From Sediminibacterium sp. (GTDB lineage Bacteria > Bacteroidota > Bacteroidia > Chitinophagales > Chitinophagaceae), in NCBI GenBank assembly GCA_044368905.1, contig JBILIU010000001.1, forward strand, positions 1 through 59,875: a stretch of DNA of 59,875 nt, given 5' to 3'. The notes under the pieces are model-generated. The model saw nothing but the letters and a program-made list of their open reading frames with translations, was not told the origin of the DNA and ran no database searches. Shown here one piece after another: positions 41,100 to 51,986 of this stretch (its first letter is position 1; the number at the start of each line of letters is the position of its first letter). A program made the translations under genes and the position numbers.

Positions 41100-41552
41100 T
41101 TAAGGCATGATGATGGTAGACTTTGGTGTAATACCAACCAATTCAAGATCAAAAGTTAAATCTTGCCCAGCAAGACTATGGTTTGCATCTAATACAACCA
41201 CTTCCTCTTTCACTTCTACTACTGTCACTTGAAATTGTTGACCTTGACCATTATTCATTGTTAAAGCCATTCCAATTTCAGGATTTAAATCTGCAGGAAA
41301 CTGAGTTTTTGGAAATTCAACAATCATTTCTGGTTGTTTAGGACCATATGCCTCCATGAATGGAATATGAATTGTTTTCTTTTCTCCTACTGTCATTTCT
41401 AAAACCCCATTATCAAAACCAGGAATGACCATACCTGACCCAACTTCAAATTCCAGAGGGGCTCTTCCTTCAGAAGAGTCAAATGTTTCACCAGACGTTA
41501 ATTTACCGTGGTAATGCACTTGAATGGTATCCCCATTTTTTACTTGTTGCAT
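41100..41552 (-). CDS. FKBP-type peptidyl-prolyl isomerase (SlyD/SlpA-like, no His-rich tail)
   Basis: VHYHGKL, FDSS, IPGFD, EAYG, LDANHSLAG; start moved to ATG 41552. Confidence 0.9.
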   Translation of the reverse strand: MQQVKNGDTIQVHYHGKLTSGETFDSSEGRAPLEFEVGSGMVIPGFDNGVLEMTVGEKKTIHIPFMEAYGPKQPEMIVEFPKTQFPADLNPEIGMALTMNNGQGQQFQVTVVEVKEEVVVLDANHSLAGQDLTFDLELVGITPKSTIIMP

Positions 41553-41623
41553 ATTGTATTTTTTAAAATAAAGCACTTAGGGTGCAAAGGGCAAAAGTAG
41601 TAAATTCTAGTTAACTTTACAAG

Positions 41624-42550
41624 ATGAATGCCAGTCCAAAAATAGTCTTTATGGGGACCCCCAGTTTTGCTGTCGCGTCATTGAAAGCACTCTTAGATGC
41701 TAAAATGAATGTGGTCGGTGTTGTCACCGCACCAGATAAGCCAGCTGGAAGAGGCATGCAATTACAACAAAGTGCAGTGAAACAATTTGCGCTTGAACAT
41801 CAACTACCAATTGCACAACCAGAAAAATTAAAATCCCCCGAATTTTTTGCACAAATTCAAGCATGGCAACCAGATATTCAAATAGTGGTCGCTTTCAGAA
41901 TGTTACCTGAATCAATTTGGTCATACCCTCCAATGGGCACCCTCAATGTGCATGGTTCTTTACTACCAAAATACCGAGGTGCCGCTCCAATCAATTGGGC
42001 CATCATGAATGGTGAAAAAGAAACTGGTGTGACGACATTTAGACTACAACATGCTATTGATACAGGAGACATTTTATTACAAGAACGAATTCCAATTTCG
42101 CCCGATATGACAGCAGGCGAATTACATGATACGATGATGGAAGTTGGAGCACAAACACTTGTTACAACATTAAATGGATTAATTGCAGGTACGATTCAAG
42201 CCAAGCCGCAGGAAGAAGCCCTAGCTATATTACATGCCCCAAAAATATTTACAAAGGATTGTCAAATCGATTGGCAGCAACCTGTTGTACAAATTCACAA
42301 TTTAATTCGAGGGCTAGCCCCATTTCCTGGCGCATTAACTAAAGTGGATGGCAAGATCGTTAAATTATTCAGTACCTCTATCTTACATGAAAATCCAAAA
42401 GAACCTGTTGGGAGTTTTGTAACTGATGGGAAAACTTATGCAAGATTTGCATGCATTGATGGTTACATTCAATTGAACGATATCCAATGGGAAGGCAAAA
42501 AAAGAATGCCGATCGCTGACTTCCTAAGAGGCTATAAAAAAGTGGATTAA
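41624..42550 (+). CDS. fmt: Methionyl-tRNA formyltransferase
   Basis: FMGTPSFA, PDKPAGRG, NVHGSLLPKYRGAAPI, DTGD. Confidence 0.96.
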   Translation: MNASPKIVFMGTPSFAVASLKALLDAKMNVVGVVTAPDKPAGRGMQLQQSAVKQFALEHQLPIAQPEKLKSPEFFAQIQAWQPDIQIVVAFRMLPESIWSYPPMGTLNVHGSLLPKYRGAAPINWAIMNGEKETGVTTFRLQHAIDTGDILLQERIPISPDMTAGELHDTMMEVGAQTLVTTLNGLIAGTIQAKPQEEALAILHAPKIFTKDCQIDWQQPVVQIHNLIRGLAPFPGALTKVDGKIVKLFSTSILHENPKEPVGSFVTDGKTYARFACIDGYIQLNDIQWEGKKRMPIADFLRGYKKVD

Positions 42551-42611
42551 AAAATGATTGATTCATTTATTATTAAATCTACTTTATTAACAATCAATGA
42601 TCAAGCTGCTC

Positions 42612-43343
42612 TTATAAAGCAAACGCTTTCTCAAAATCTTCTTTAGGCGCAACACCTACTTTTCTCCACACTTCTACCCCGTTTTTAAAAAGAATAAAAG
42701 TAGGAAGATCATCCGCCTTCACCGATTTCATCACATCCATATCTTGACCACCATCAACTGCTAAAAAATAAAATGGTTTTGGAGGCGTTTGTTTTAATGC
42801 ATCCATGATAGGTTGCATTTTTCTACAAGGAGGGCACCAAGTAGCACCAATATCAACTAAGACATATTCATTGGATGCTATAAGCTTTTTAAAATCTACA
42901 ACACGCATTTGCACTACATTACCAGACCCTTCCACCGGCATTTGTTGCATTTTCCAATTACTCATCCCGCCTTCTAAATTCACCACTTTGAATCCATCTT
43001 GCATTAAAGCAGTTTGCGCAGAAGCACTTCTTCCTCCAGATTGGCAATAGATATAAATTGTTTTTGCTTTATCTAAATGTTGCGTTCTATTTTTAAATTC
43101 CCTTGGATCCAACCAATTCGCTTGTAATGCATTTGCAATATGACCAGACTGGTATTCACTAGCCGTGCGCACATCTAAAATTTGTGCCCCATTTTGAGCA
43201 ATCGCTTTACTAAATGCAGTTGTACTGATTGTTAATTCAACACTTGCACTATTAGAATTAGCTGGACTAGATGGATTGTTTTGAGCACAACTCATTAACG
43301 TAGTTGTTATAAAGAACAAACTACAAATACATTTTAATTTCAT
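42612..43343 (-). CDS. Lipoprotein with rhodanese and thioredoxin domains
   Basis: Lipobox LMSC; LDVRT..EY..GHI and YCQSGGRS (rhodanese); WCPPC (thioredoxin). Confidence 0.88.
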   Translation of the reverse strand: MKLKCICSLFFITTTLMSCAQNNPSSPANSNSASVELTISTTAFSKAIAQNGAQILDVRTASEYQSGHIANALQANWLDPREFKNRTQHLDKAKTIYIYCQSGGRSASAQTALMQDGFKVVNLEGGMSNWKMQQMPVEGSGNVVQMRVVDFKKLIASNEYVLVDIGATWCPPCRKMQPIMDALKQTPPKPFYFLAVDGGQDMDVMKSVKADDLPTFILFKNGVEVWRKVGVAPKEDFEKAFAL

Positions 43344-43362
43344 AATAATTTTTGAAAAATGA

Positions 43363-44016
43363 CTAATACGTTACAGACACCTGAAAGGTCTTATTGGTCA
43401 CGCCTAATATAGCAGCAGCAGCATCATTTAAACGATACTGAATGGCATTGCCTACCTCAGGTAATGCATTGATTACTTTAGCACAAATACTTTTTAAATC
43501 AGAAGTGGTAATTCTAACAATGGTTCCTACCGGCAACTCATTGGTTAAAATATAAAATTTATTGTCCTGCCATCCACTCATACTTTTAAATACTGCAGCA
43601 GTTCCGTTTAAGGTTTGAAAAGTGGCTGCTTTCTTTTGATTAGAGAAGAAGCTTGCAAAATACCCTTCATTCGCAGTTGAACTTACTTGCACTAAATTCG
43701 TCTTCTGAACACTATCTTTTATTCTTGATTGTTCTTTATTTTGAGCAATCATTTGCCATTGAGCGGTTCTAACCACTGGTGCTACTTTAGCCACAGATCG
43801 CTTTGATTTAGAACTTTTCTTTTTAGACTTCGAGTACTTGCTAGATTTCTTTTTGCTTCCTTTTTTTGATTTCGAAGATTTGCTAGCTGGCTTCTTTTGG
43901 GTAGCTTTTTTAACGGTCTGTGCCTTTTTAGCCAAAGTTTTACCCTTTGCTCCAGTGGCATCCGTTTGGCTAAATAGTCCAAAAGCAAGAATCAGGTATA
44001 AAATGAACTTCTTCAA
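43363..44016 (-). CDS. Exported protein with Lys/Ser-rich linker and C-terminal RlpA/DPBB-like domain
   Basis: Probable TTG start at 44016 after TAAATTTG; signal peptide; low-complexity K/S tract; GTAAVFKS...PVGTIVRI...AKVI...LNDAAAAILG. Confidence 0.6.
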   Translation of the reverse strand: MKKFILYLILAFGLFSQTDATGAKGKTLAKKAQTVKKATQKKPASKSSKSKKGSKKKSSKYSKSKKKSSKSKRSVAKVAPVVRTAQWQMIAQNKEQSRIKDSVQKTNLVQVSSTANEGYFASFFSNQKKAATFQTLNGTAAVFKSMSGWQDNKFYILTNELPVGTIVRITTSDLKSICAKVINALPEVGNAIQYRLNDAAAAILGVTNKTFQVSVTY

Positions 44017-44093
44017 GGAGGACAAATTTACAAAATCTAAATGCAAAAAAAGATATAAAATTACTTATTAAATTAATATGTAATTTATAATCA

Positions 44094-45455
44094 TCAATAA
44101 TTCAATATTCTCCAAGAATTTGGATAATAATTATTTAATCTATTGGGTAGTATTTTAACCCATCCTAAACGGCAATTCATATAACTGATACTATGCCAAC
44201 CCTTGGGGCCGTTCAATTGAAAATCGGCTCTTCGGAGAAATTGAAGTGCATCATTCAAATCCACCTCGATGGTTTTGTAAGGCATTTTGTCCCATTGACT
44301 CATGGCCAAGTCATGCGCAGGCACCAGGTCTGTCCCTTTAAGCATACCTATGCGCATGCCTATTTTTTTCACATACAAATGCGCCCTAATGGTTTGTAAA
44401 TCGGAATAACAATGCATTGGCAATGCAATCAGCTCTTCCAAATGTTGAATACATACAAACTGTTCTGGCAATGCATAGATAGCAGCTAAATTAGCGAGGG
44501 CCTTTTTGGGTAATAAAGTGAATTGAAAAGGTGTTGAAAACTGACTGGTATAATCTGCTTTTTGTTTTTGAAAAACAGCAATAAAAAATCCTTCTCCTTT
44601 TATTTTATCAGGATAAAATCTAAAACCTTGTGCTTGATGTATTGGACTATATGTTGTTACAATTTTTGAAGAGGAAGGCAACTGAATATTTACAGATCTC
44701 ATCCCATCCAATGAAGCAATATAATCCATGATCTTTTCATCCTCTTCGAATGAATACGAGCAGGTAGAATAAATATAATACCCTCCTTCCTGCAATGCGG
44801 TAATGCTTTCTTCAATAATGCGTGTTTGTCTTTGACTACAATGCAATACATTCTCTTCGCTCCATTCTTTGATGGCTTGTGGGTCTTTCCTGAACATCCC
44901 ACTTCCACTACAAGGCGCATCGGCAATAATAAAATCAAAAAAATTAGGTAGCGCTTTAAAATGACTTGGATCATTTTGTGTGACCACTATATGATCGCTC
45001 CCCCAGCGAATACAATTTTCTTCTAAAATGGCATTCCTGGATTTAATCGTTTCGTTGGCTACCACCAATCCATTTTTAAAATAATTAGCCAACAAAGTTG
45101 TTTTACCGCCAGGTGCCGCACAAAGGTCTAAGACTTTATAATACTTTGCTGTATCTGCTAGTTGGCTAATGATGGTGTGCAGAAACATGCTACTTGCTTC
45201 TTGCACATAATAAGCACCCGCATGCCATAAAGGATCCACTACAAAACTTGGTCTGCCAGTTAAATAAAATCCTTCTGCACACCAATCCACAGGCGTCTTT
45301 GCATGCATAAAAGGATGTGCTGAATGGTCGAATGGTTTAAATAGATTCATTCTAACCGCGGTAAAATCTGCAGGCACCTGATGGGTCTCCACAAATGCTG
45401 TTTCGTCAAATCCAGGAAGACCTGTTAAGGATGCTATGAATTTTTCTGGTAACAA
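44094..45455 (-). CDS. rsmF: RsmF/RsmB-NOP family RNA m5C methyltransferase
   Basis: YYVQEASSM, LDLCAAPGGKT, DAPCSGSGMFRKD, YSTCS, GEGFF, C-terminal NNYYP. Confidence 0.88.
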   Translation of the reverse strand: MLPEKFIASLTGLPGFDETAFVETHQVPADFTAVRMNLFKPFDHSAHPFMHAKTPVDWCAEGFYLTGRPSFVVDPLWHAGAYYVQEASSMFLHTIISQLADTAKYYKVLDLCAAPGGKTTLLANYFKNGLVVANETIKSRNAILEENCIRWGSDHIVVTQNDPSHFKALPNFFDFIIADAPCSGSGMFRKDPQAIKEWSEENVLHCSQRQTRIIEESITALQEGGYYIYSTCSYSFEEDEKIMDYIASLDGMRSVNIQLPSSSKIVTTYSPIHQAQGFRFYPDKIKGEGFFIAVFQKQKADYTSQFSTPFQFTLLPKKALANLAAIYALPEQFVCIQHLEELIALPMHCYSDLQTIRAHLYVKKIGMRIGMLKGTDLVPAHDLAMSQWDKMPYKTIEVDLNDALQFLRRADFQLNGPKGWHSISYMNCRLGWVKILPNRLNNYYPNSWRILNY

Positions 45456-45464
45456 TGAATAGTA

Positions 45465-46070
45465 TTAATAACGAATGATAAAATGTTCTTGTTCTTTTTG
45501 TGCTGTTCTGCAAAACAGCAAGCCAATGTCAAACAAATCGATGGTCAATCTGATAGTAGCATGTTGTTTTAATTGAATCCATGCCGCTTGCATATTTGAA
45601 TCCGTATGTATTCCATGTAAGATAACCAAGGAATTCGAATGCATCTTGTCAATTAAGCTGCTTGCACGCTGAAGCATTGTCGCCTCATCCTGCCCCTCAC
45701 CTATAAATGCGAAATCAATTTTTTCAACAGATTCATATGTCACATTTGTATGCTTTGCAGTCTCATCTTCAAATTGCTGCTGGTCACCCGTTACCAAAAC
45801 TGTTAATGGATTCAACCATTGCAATAATCGCGCAATCACTATTTTAATTTTTGGAGCAAGCGCACCAGAACCTGCAGCTTCAATTTTATCAAGTATTTTT
45901 TTTACAGCAGGAGCCGTTTTTTCAATTTCCGTTAATGTAGTTTTTGCATTCAAAATATCTTTAATGATTTGGAATACAAATGGTGAATGAATCCCATGCC
46001 CTTTTGAATTTGAAGCTACCCAATGATATTGAAGGTATTTAAGATAGCGGATTGGAGTAGAATAACGCAT
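45465..46070 (-). CDS. Degenerate class I SAM-methyltransferase-like protein
   Basis: Keeps KGHGIHSPFVF, IDFAFI, MQAAW..LK, LTIDLF and F..RY family hallmarks but has no glycine-rich SAM motif; start moved to ATG 46070. Confidence 0.6.
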   Translation of the reverse strand: MRYSTPIRYLKYLQYHWVASNSKGHGIHSPFVFQIIKDILNAKTTLTEIEKTAPAVKKILDKIEAAGSGALAPKIKIVIARLLQWLNPLTVLVTGDQQQFEDETAKHTNVTYESVEKIDFAFIGEGQDEATMLQRASSLIDKMHSNSLVILHGIHTDSNMQAAWIQLKQHATIRLTIDLFDIGLLFCRTAQKEQEHFIIRY

Positions 46071-46075
46071 TGAAT

Positions 46076-46567
46076 TTATTTCCTTTTCCAACATTCAAAG
46101 TCAAATGCATAAGCATGTTTTTCATCTGCTGCATTAGGAAAGCTATAGTCCAAAATCCATTGATCATCTATTGATGGAAACAAAGTATCTCCCACTATCT
46201 GTGTATGCACCCTGGTCATATAAATGGTATCTGCAATCGACATCGCTTCTTGATAAATTTGACCGCCACCAATGATAAACACTTCTGCATAATTTTCACG
46301 TTCCGCCAATGCAATGGCTTCTGCAATTGATCCTACCACCTCTGTTTGATCATAGCTAAGACCAACTTGTTTACTTAAAATAATATTCAACCTGCCAGGT
46401 AAAACACGTTGTCCTAATGATTCAAAAGTTTTTCTGCCCATGATTACAGGCATCGCCCATGTGGTATCTTTAAAAAATTTCATATCCTTAGGTAGATGCC
46501 AAAGCAATTGATTGTCTTTGCCAATCATATGGTTATCGGATGCTGCTACAACTAAGGATACTTTCAT
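46076..46567 (-). CDS. folA: Dihydrofolate reductase
   Basis: IGKDNQLLWHLPKD, IMGRKTFES, LPGRLN, IIGGGQIY, GDTLFP. Confidence 0.95.
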   Translation of the reverse strand: MKVSLVVAASDNHMIGKDNQLLWHLPKDMKFFKDTTWAMPVIMGRKTFESLGQRVLPGRLNIILSKQVGLSYDQTEVVGSIAEAIALAERENYAEVFIIGGGQIYQEAMSIADTIYMTRVHTQIVGDTLFPSIDDQWILDYSFPNAADEKHAYAFDFECWKRK

Positions 46568-46576
46568 AATGTTTTA

Positions 46577-47371
46577 TTAAACTGCCACTGGAGCTTTAAT
46601 TCCAGGATGACATTCGTAATTTTCTAAAGTAAAATCTTCGTATTGGAAAGTAAAAATATCTTTGACCGCCGGATTGATCTTCATAGTCGGAAGTGGGAAA
46701 GGTTTTCTGCTTAATTGCAAATTCGCCTGCTCCATATGGTTATTGTATAAGTGCACATCACCAAAGCTATGTACAAAGTCTCCATATTTTAAATCACAAA
46801 CCTGCGCAATCATCATGGTTAATAAAGCATAAGAAGCAATGTTAAAAGGTACGCCCAAAAACACATCAGCACTTCTTTGATATAACTGACAACTTAATTT
46901 GCCATCTGCTACATAAAACTGGAACATATTATGACAAGGCATCAAAGCCATCTTAGATAAGTCTCCCACATTCCAAGCACTCACAATTAATCTTCTGCTA
47001 TCTGGTGTTTTTTTAATTTGCTCAATCAATTCTGTAATCTGATCTATCACAACGCCATTGGGTGCTTCCCAACTTCTCCATTGTTTACCATAAACTGGTC
47101 CTAGGTCCCCATTTTCATCTGCCCACTCATCCCATATACGCACGCCATGCTCTTTTAAATATTGAATATTGGTATCCCCTTTTAAAAACCAAAGCAATTC
47201 ATGGATGATACTTTTTAAGTGTAATTTTTTTGTAGTCACCAAAGGAAAACCTTCGGCTAAATTAAAACGCATTTGATAGCCAAAACAGCTTTTAGTACCT
47301 GTGCCGGTACGGTCTGTTTTTTCGGTCCCATGATCAATAATATGTTGGACTAATTGTAAATATTGTTGCAT
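46577..47371 (-). CDS. thyA: Thymidylate synthase
   Basis: [43 protein letters not shown]. Confidence 0.97.
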   Translation of the reverse strand: MQQYLQLVQHIIDHGTEKTDRTGTGTKSCFGYQMRFNLAEGFPLVTTKKLHLKSIIHELLWFLKGDTNIQYLKEHGVRIWDEWADENGDLGPVYGKQWRSWEAPNGVVIDQITELIEQIKKTPDSRRLIVSAWNVGDLSKMALMPCHNMFQFYVADGKLSCQLYQRSADVFLGVPFNIASYALLTMMIAQVCDLKYGDFVHSFGDVHLYNNHMEQANLQLSRKPFPLPTMKINPAVKDIFTFQYEDFTLENYECHPGIKAPVAV

Positions 47372-47406
47372 GCTGCAATTTACAACTTGGGGCGTAAAAT
47401 AGTAGA

Positions 47407-48606
47407 TTATTTTGCTTTTCTTCTCGCAATTTCCTGCCTGATCAATAGCAATTCTCTATTGGTCTGGCCATTCACGCTTGAATTTTCCTGTGCCCTACGC
47501 ATTAAATATGGAATGACATCATGCAAGGGACCAAATGGTAAATATTTGCTGACTTGATAGCCTTCCGAAGCCATGTTAAAACTAATATGATCGCTCATGC
47601 CATAGAGTTGAGAAAAGTGAATGCGCGCATGGTTATTGGGCAAGCCTTTATCCTGCATCATTTGAGCACATTTCAAATTACTAGCTTCATTATGAGATGC
47701 AACTATTAAAGCAATATTGTCTAGGTGCTCTACACAATAGACAACCGCTGCATCAAAATCAGCATCTGTCGCCGTCTTATCTGATTGAATCGGTGATGGA
47801 TAGCCCATTGTTTCAGCTCTTGCTCTTTCTTTTTCCATATAAGCACCACGCACCAATTTGGCACCTAAGATAAAATTACCTTCCGCTGCAATTTTATGAG
47901 AAATCTTTAAAAAGTGCAGACGATCCGACCTGTATAACTGATAAGTATTGTAAACGACCACTTTTTCTTTATTGTAGACGCCCATTAATTCAATCGCTAA
48001 ACGATCAATTGGGTCTTGAATCCAAGTTTCTTCGGCATCAATTAAAATACCAATGCCATTTGTTTCCGCCACATCGCAAATGGCGTACATTCTTTCTTTT
48101 AAGCGATTCCATGCAGCATCATCTGATTCACTATCATGAATACCACTTCTTAATCTAGGTGCTTCATTCAAACGCTCCAATAAATGCATGCTCGATAAAC
48201 CAGTTAATTTCACACTAATAAAAGGCACATTATTTTGTGTTGCAGCAAATTCAACTGCTTTAATAAATTGTTCAGTCACTTCATCAAAACTTGCATCACC
48301 TTCTTTTGCTTCTACGCCATAATCCAAGATCACTTGAACCCCATAGGATCCCAACATTTTAGTGACTCTTGCAGACTCATCTAAAGTTTCTCCTCCAACA
48401 AATTGATTAAAAATTGTACTACGAATCAATCCATTAATAGGCAGGCCAGACTTCATTAAGATTGGCGTAAATCGAGTGCCTAATGCAACAATCCAAGGAT
48501 TTTGTATGACTGTAAAAAGCCACTTTGCTTTATTTAAATCTGTGTTCGACTTGTACGCAAAAGCGTTCTGTGTATTATTTAAAGATAGGTTCATGCTAAC
48601 GTTCAT
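47407..48606 (-). CDS. Monofunctional proline dehydrogenase
   Basis: [35 protein letters not shown]. Confidence 0.92.
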   Translation of the reverse strand: MNVSMNLSLNNTQNAFAYKSNTDLNKAKWLFTVIQNPWIVALGTRFTPILMKSGLPINGLIRSTIFNQFVGGETLDESARVTKMLGSYGVQVILDYGVEAKEGDASFDEVTEQFIKAVEFAATQNNVPFISVKLTGLSSMHLLERLNEAPRLRSGIHDSESDDAAWNRLKERMYAICDVAETNGIGILIDAEETWIQDPIDRLAIELMGVYNKEKVVVYNTYQLYRSDRLHFLKISHKIAAEGNFILGAKLVRGAYMEKERARAETMGYPSPIQSDKTATDADFDAAVVYCVEHLDNIALIVASHNEASNLKCAQMMQDKGLPNNHARIHFSQLYGMSDHISFNMASEGYQVSKYLPFGPLHDVIPYLMRRAQENSSVNGQTNRELLLIRQEIARRKAK

Positions 48607-48647
48607 TCGTATAGCAAATATCGGGACTATTTGCTTCTTGACAAAGT

Positions 48648-49364
48648 TTAAATCGCTTGATGATTGAAGGGCTGTAACACCATTTCACTCACCACACCAG
48701 AGCTTGGTTGCTGACATAAAAACCAGATGGCCCTTGCAGCTTCTTCGGCCACCACCATCTTATCTCTTTGTACTCTTAAATCTATCGTATCCCAGAATGG
48801 AGAATCTACGCCACCTAAATACAATTGTGTGATTCTGATTTCTGTGCGTTTTAATTCTTCTCTTAAAGAATGCATCATACCAACCAATGCATATTTACTT
48901 GCGCAATAAGCTGCGGCACCCGCCATGGGTACTTTTCCTAAAATACCTGGAATATTAATGATCAACCCTTTTTTAAGTTCCATCATTTTAGGCAAAATAG
49001 CTTGGATGGTCTCAAAACTACTCAGGGTATTCACTTGAAAAGAAGTCTGCATTTCTGCAGTCGTTAATTTATCAAATGATTTGATGATGCCTATCCCTGC
49101 TGCATTGACAAAAATATCAAATGCAAAATCGAGCGTTCTTAATTGGTTCGTGAACTGATGTACTGCATTGGTGTCCGCTAAATCCACTTGGAAAAATCGG
49201 TCTGAACCCAGACTCAAATCTGAAGCCAATTGATTCAACTTATTGGCATCTCTGCCCGCCAACCAAAGTTGTGCACCACTTCCGTGTAATAAACTAGCTA
49301 ATTGCGCACCAATGCCGCCTGTTGCGCCCAATAACAATACTTTCTTTTGCTTTAACCCTTCCAT
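48648..49364 (-). CDS. Short-chain dehydrogenase/reductase
   Basis: GATGGIG, NAAG, YCASK. Confidence 0.9.
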   Translation of the reverse strand: MEGLKQKKVLLLGATGGIGAQLASLLHGSGAQLWLAGRDANKLNQLASDLSLGSDRFFQVDLADTNAVHQFTNQLRTLDFAFDIFVNAAGIGIIKSFDKLTTAEMQTSFQVNTLSSFETIQAILPKMMELKKGLIINIPGILGKVPMAGAAAYCASKYALVGMMHSLREELKRTEIRITQLYLGGVDSPFWDTIDLRVQRDKMVVAEEAARAIWFLCQQPSSGVVSEMVLQPFNHQAI

Positions 49365-49432
49365 GTCTATTGATTTTTATCATAACAATCAGTAGAAGGA
49401 AATTGTTCAAAATAACTATATTTATGCCCATT

Positions 49433-50530
49433 ATGAAAATTATAGAAACGACCATTTACCAATTTAAAATTCCCATGATCCCTTTCACGATTGCTACAGG
49501 GACAATGGAGTATGCACAAAATGTTTTGATTAAAATTAAAACAGACCAAGGCATCATTGGTATTGGAGAATGTTCGGCCTTCCCAATGATTGTGGGCGAA
49601 ACACAATTAAGCTGCTATAACAATGCCAAAGATTTTGCACAGTTTTGGAAAGGCAAAGACCCCTTGGATATTCCACAAAGAATGAAAGAACTAGACCTTG
49701 TCATTGCTGGAAATAATACTGCCAAGAGTGCATTTGATTTAGCCTTATATGATATTGCAGCAAAAGCAGCCAATCAACCCCTATATCAATTTTTAGGTGG
49801 GCAGCAAAAACCAATTGAATCAGATTTAACGATTGGTATTGGCAAGCCTGAAGATATGGCAGCGCAAGCCATTGATTTTGTTGAAAAAGGTGTGCGCATG
49901 ATTAAAGTGAAATTAGGAAAAGTACCTAAGGAAGATGTGGAGCGCATTCGACAAATTAGGACAGCCATTGGACCAGCTATTCAAATAAGAATTGATGCCA
50001 ATCAAGGATGGGCCAAAGAGGATGCATTGGAAGTACTCACGCAATTAGCCCCTTATCAAATTGAATTCTGTGAGCAGCCCATGCATAAATATTATGATGA
50101 TTACCTGCCTGCACTTTGCGCGCAATCCCCAGTGAAAATTATGGCCGACGAATCGGTGTTTACCCACCATGATGCTCGAAAATTAATTGCGAACAAAGCC
50201 TGTCATTCCATCAATATTAAATTTTCCAAAAGTGGTGGTATACAAGAAGCCATTAAAATTCATGATCTCGCAAAAGCCAACAATATTCCATGTATGATGG
50301 GGGGTATGCTAGAAAGCAGGGTGGCATTAAGTGCTAAAATGCATTTTGCGATGGCCATGGACAATGTCCATTTTTATGATATGGACACTTGTTTAATTGG
50401 ACATACCATAGATCCTGTGATTGGAGGTGTTCAATTCAATGGCATGCACTTAAGTATTGGCGAAGCGCCAGGCATTGGTGCCGAAGTAGACCCAGCCTAT
50501 TTACGCAATTTGGAATCATGTACAATCTAG
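49433..50530 (+). CDS. Dipeptide (L-Ala-D/L-Glu) epimerase, enolase superfamily
   Basis: KVK, DANQGW, EQP, ADES, NIK and DMD motifs; start moved to ATG 49433 to avoid overlap with the SDR gene. Confidence 0.88.
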   Translation: MKIIETTIYQFKIPMIPFTIATGTMEYAQNVLIKIKTDQGIIGIGECSAFPMIVGETQLSCYNNAKDFAQFWKGKDPLDIPQRMKELDLVIAGNNTAKSAFDLALYDIAAKAANQPLYQFLGGQQKPIESDLTIGIGKPEDMAAQAIDFVEKGVRMIKVKLGKVPKEDVERIRQIRTAIGPAIQIRIDANQGWAKEDALEVLTQLAPYQIEFCEQPMHKYYDDYLPALCAQSPVKIMADESVFTHHDARKLIANKACHSINIKFSKSGGIQEAIKIHDLAKANNIPCMMGGMLESRVALSAKMHFAMAMDNVHFYDMDTCLIGHTIDPVIGGVQFNGMHLSIGEAPGIGAEVDPAYLRNLESCTI

Positions 50531-50587
50531 CAGACTTGTACATAGGATAGTTGTACCTTCGTATTCAATTATAAACTAATTGATTTT

Positions 50588-51112
50588 ATGGAAGCAAAAA
50601 CAGCATCTGCAACTTACACGACAATGAACGAATTGGTATTGCCAAATGATACCAATACCCATGGTGATTTAATGGGAGGCAAGCTCATGTATTGGATGGA
50701 CATTGCTGCTTACCTATCTGCAGCAAAACATTGTAATTCCTCGGCCATGACGGCATCGGTGGATAATATTAGTTTTAAGACACCCATCAAATTAGGCAAT
50801 GTAATTTGCATAGAAGCAAAAGTGACTAGAGCTTTTACAACATCAATGGAAATTCATTTAAAAGTTTGGAATCAAAACATCATTGCACAAACAAGGGTTT
50901 TAAGCAATGAAGCCTATTTTACTTTTGTGGCATTAGACGATAAAAAGCAACCCATGAAAGTGCCAGAAATTATTGCAGAAACCGAAGAGGAAAAAAAATA
51001 TTATGCAAGTGCATTAAGAAGAAGACAATTACGTTTGATCCTTGCAGGAAAAATGAAGCCCGATGATGCCACTGAATTAAAGGCATTGTTTATCAAAGAA
51101 GAGGGCGATTAA
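50588..51112 (+). CDS. Acyl-CoA thioesterase (hotdog fold, YciA-like)
   Basis: LPNDTN...GG.LM.WMD, TASVD, AYFTFVALD. Confidence 0.92.
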   Translation: MEAKTASATYTTMNELVLPNDTNTHGDLMGGKLMYWMDIAAYLSAAKHCNSSAMTASVDNISFKTPIKLGNVICIEAKVTRAFTTSMEIHLKVWNQNIIAQTRVLSNEAYFTFVALDDKKQPMKVPEIIAETEEEKKYYASALRRRQLRLILAGKMKPDDATELKALFIKEEGD

Positions 51113-51125
51113 GTCTATTGACTTT

Positions 51126-51899
51126 CTACACTTTGTTTTCAAGCAGTTTCATCGCGTGGTGCTTCCCTTTAAGCATGTAATCCTTACTTTGCTCAATGGC
51201 GTCCATTACTTGGTCTAAAATTTGTTCCACAGAACCGGTATAATCAATCACTAAAGGCGCCTTGAACCTGATGGTTAGCGGCGTACCTACTTTTTTATAA
51301 GTAAGCCCTTTTTTTGTAAACGCACGCCAAAATCCATTGATCACCACTGGAATCACAATGGGATGATTATTCTTGATAATATGTGCAGTCCCTTTCCTGC
51401 CTGGTGCAAAAGGTTTTGTAGTGCCTTGCGGAAAAGTAATCACCCAGCTTTTTGCTAATGCTTTGTCAATTTTTTGTGTGTCTACCACATCTCTTTGTCT
51501 TTCTACATCTTTTCCCTCTGCCCTCCAAGTTCTCTTCACAGTCAATGCACCACCTAGTTTAAATAATTTTGAAATCCAGTTATCATTCATTGTTTCTTCG
51601 GCCGCAATAAAATATACATTGGTAAAAGGATTCAACAAATAATAAGGGATGCCTAAACGATTAAACTTTCTCCATTTAACTGCACAAAAAATATGTACAA
51701 AAGTGATGACGTCTGCAAAATAGGTTTGATGATTGCTCACAAAAAGTACGTTCTGCTTGGGCAGGTCTTCTAGATGCTCCGTGCCCTCAATCTTCATCTC
51801 ATTAAATAAAGCAAGCCCAGGATAGGTAAACAATCCTACGATTCCATAAATGATGGAACGAAAAATTCTTATTTGCTTTAAATAATCTAGTACACGCAT
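51126..51899 (-). CDS. plsC: 1-acyl-sn-glycerol-3-phosphate acyltransferase family protein
   Basis: SNHQTYFAD, FPQGT, VIPVVI. Confidence 0.8.
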   Translation of the reverse strand: MRVLDYLKQIRIFRSIIYGIVGLFTYPGLALFNEMKIEGTEHLEDLPKQNVLFVSNHQTYFADVITFVHIFCAVKWRKFNRLGIPYYLLNPFTNVYFIAAEETMNDNWISKLFKLGGALTVKRTWRAEGKDVERQRDVVDTQKIDKALAKSWVITFPQGTTKPFAPGRKGTAHIIKNNHPIVIPVVINGFWRAFTKKGLTYKKVGTPLTIRFKAPLVIDYTGSVEQILDQVMDAIEQSKDYMLKGKHHAMKLLENKV

Positions 51900-51986
51900 G
51901 TTTAAGCTACTAATTTGATTCGCAATATACTACATATTATTATAATAGACTTGCCCTGTTTAAACAACAATTTGTATCTTTAAACA

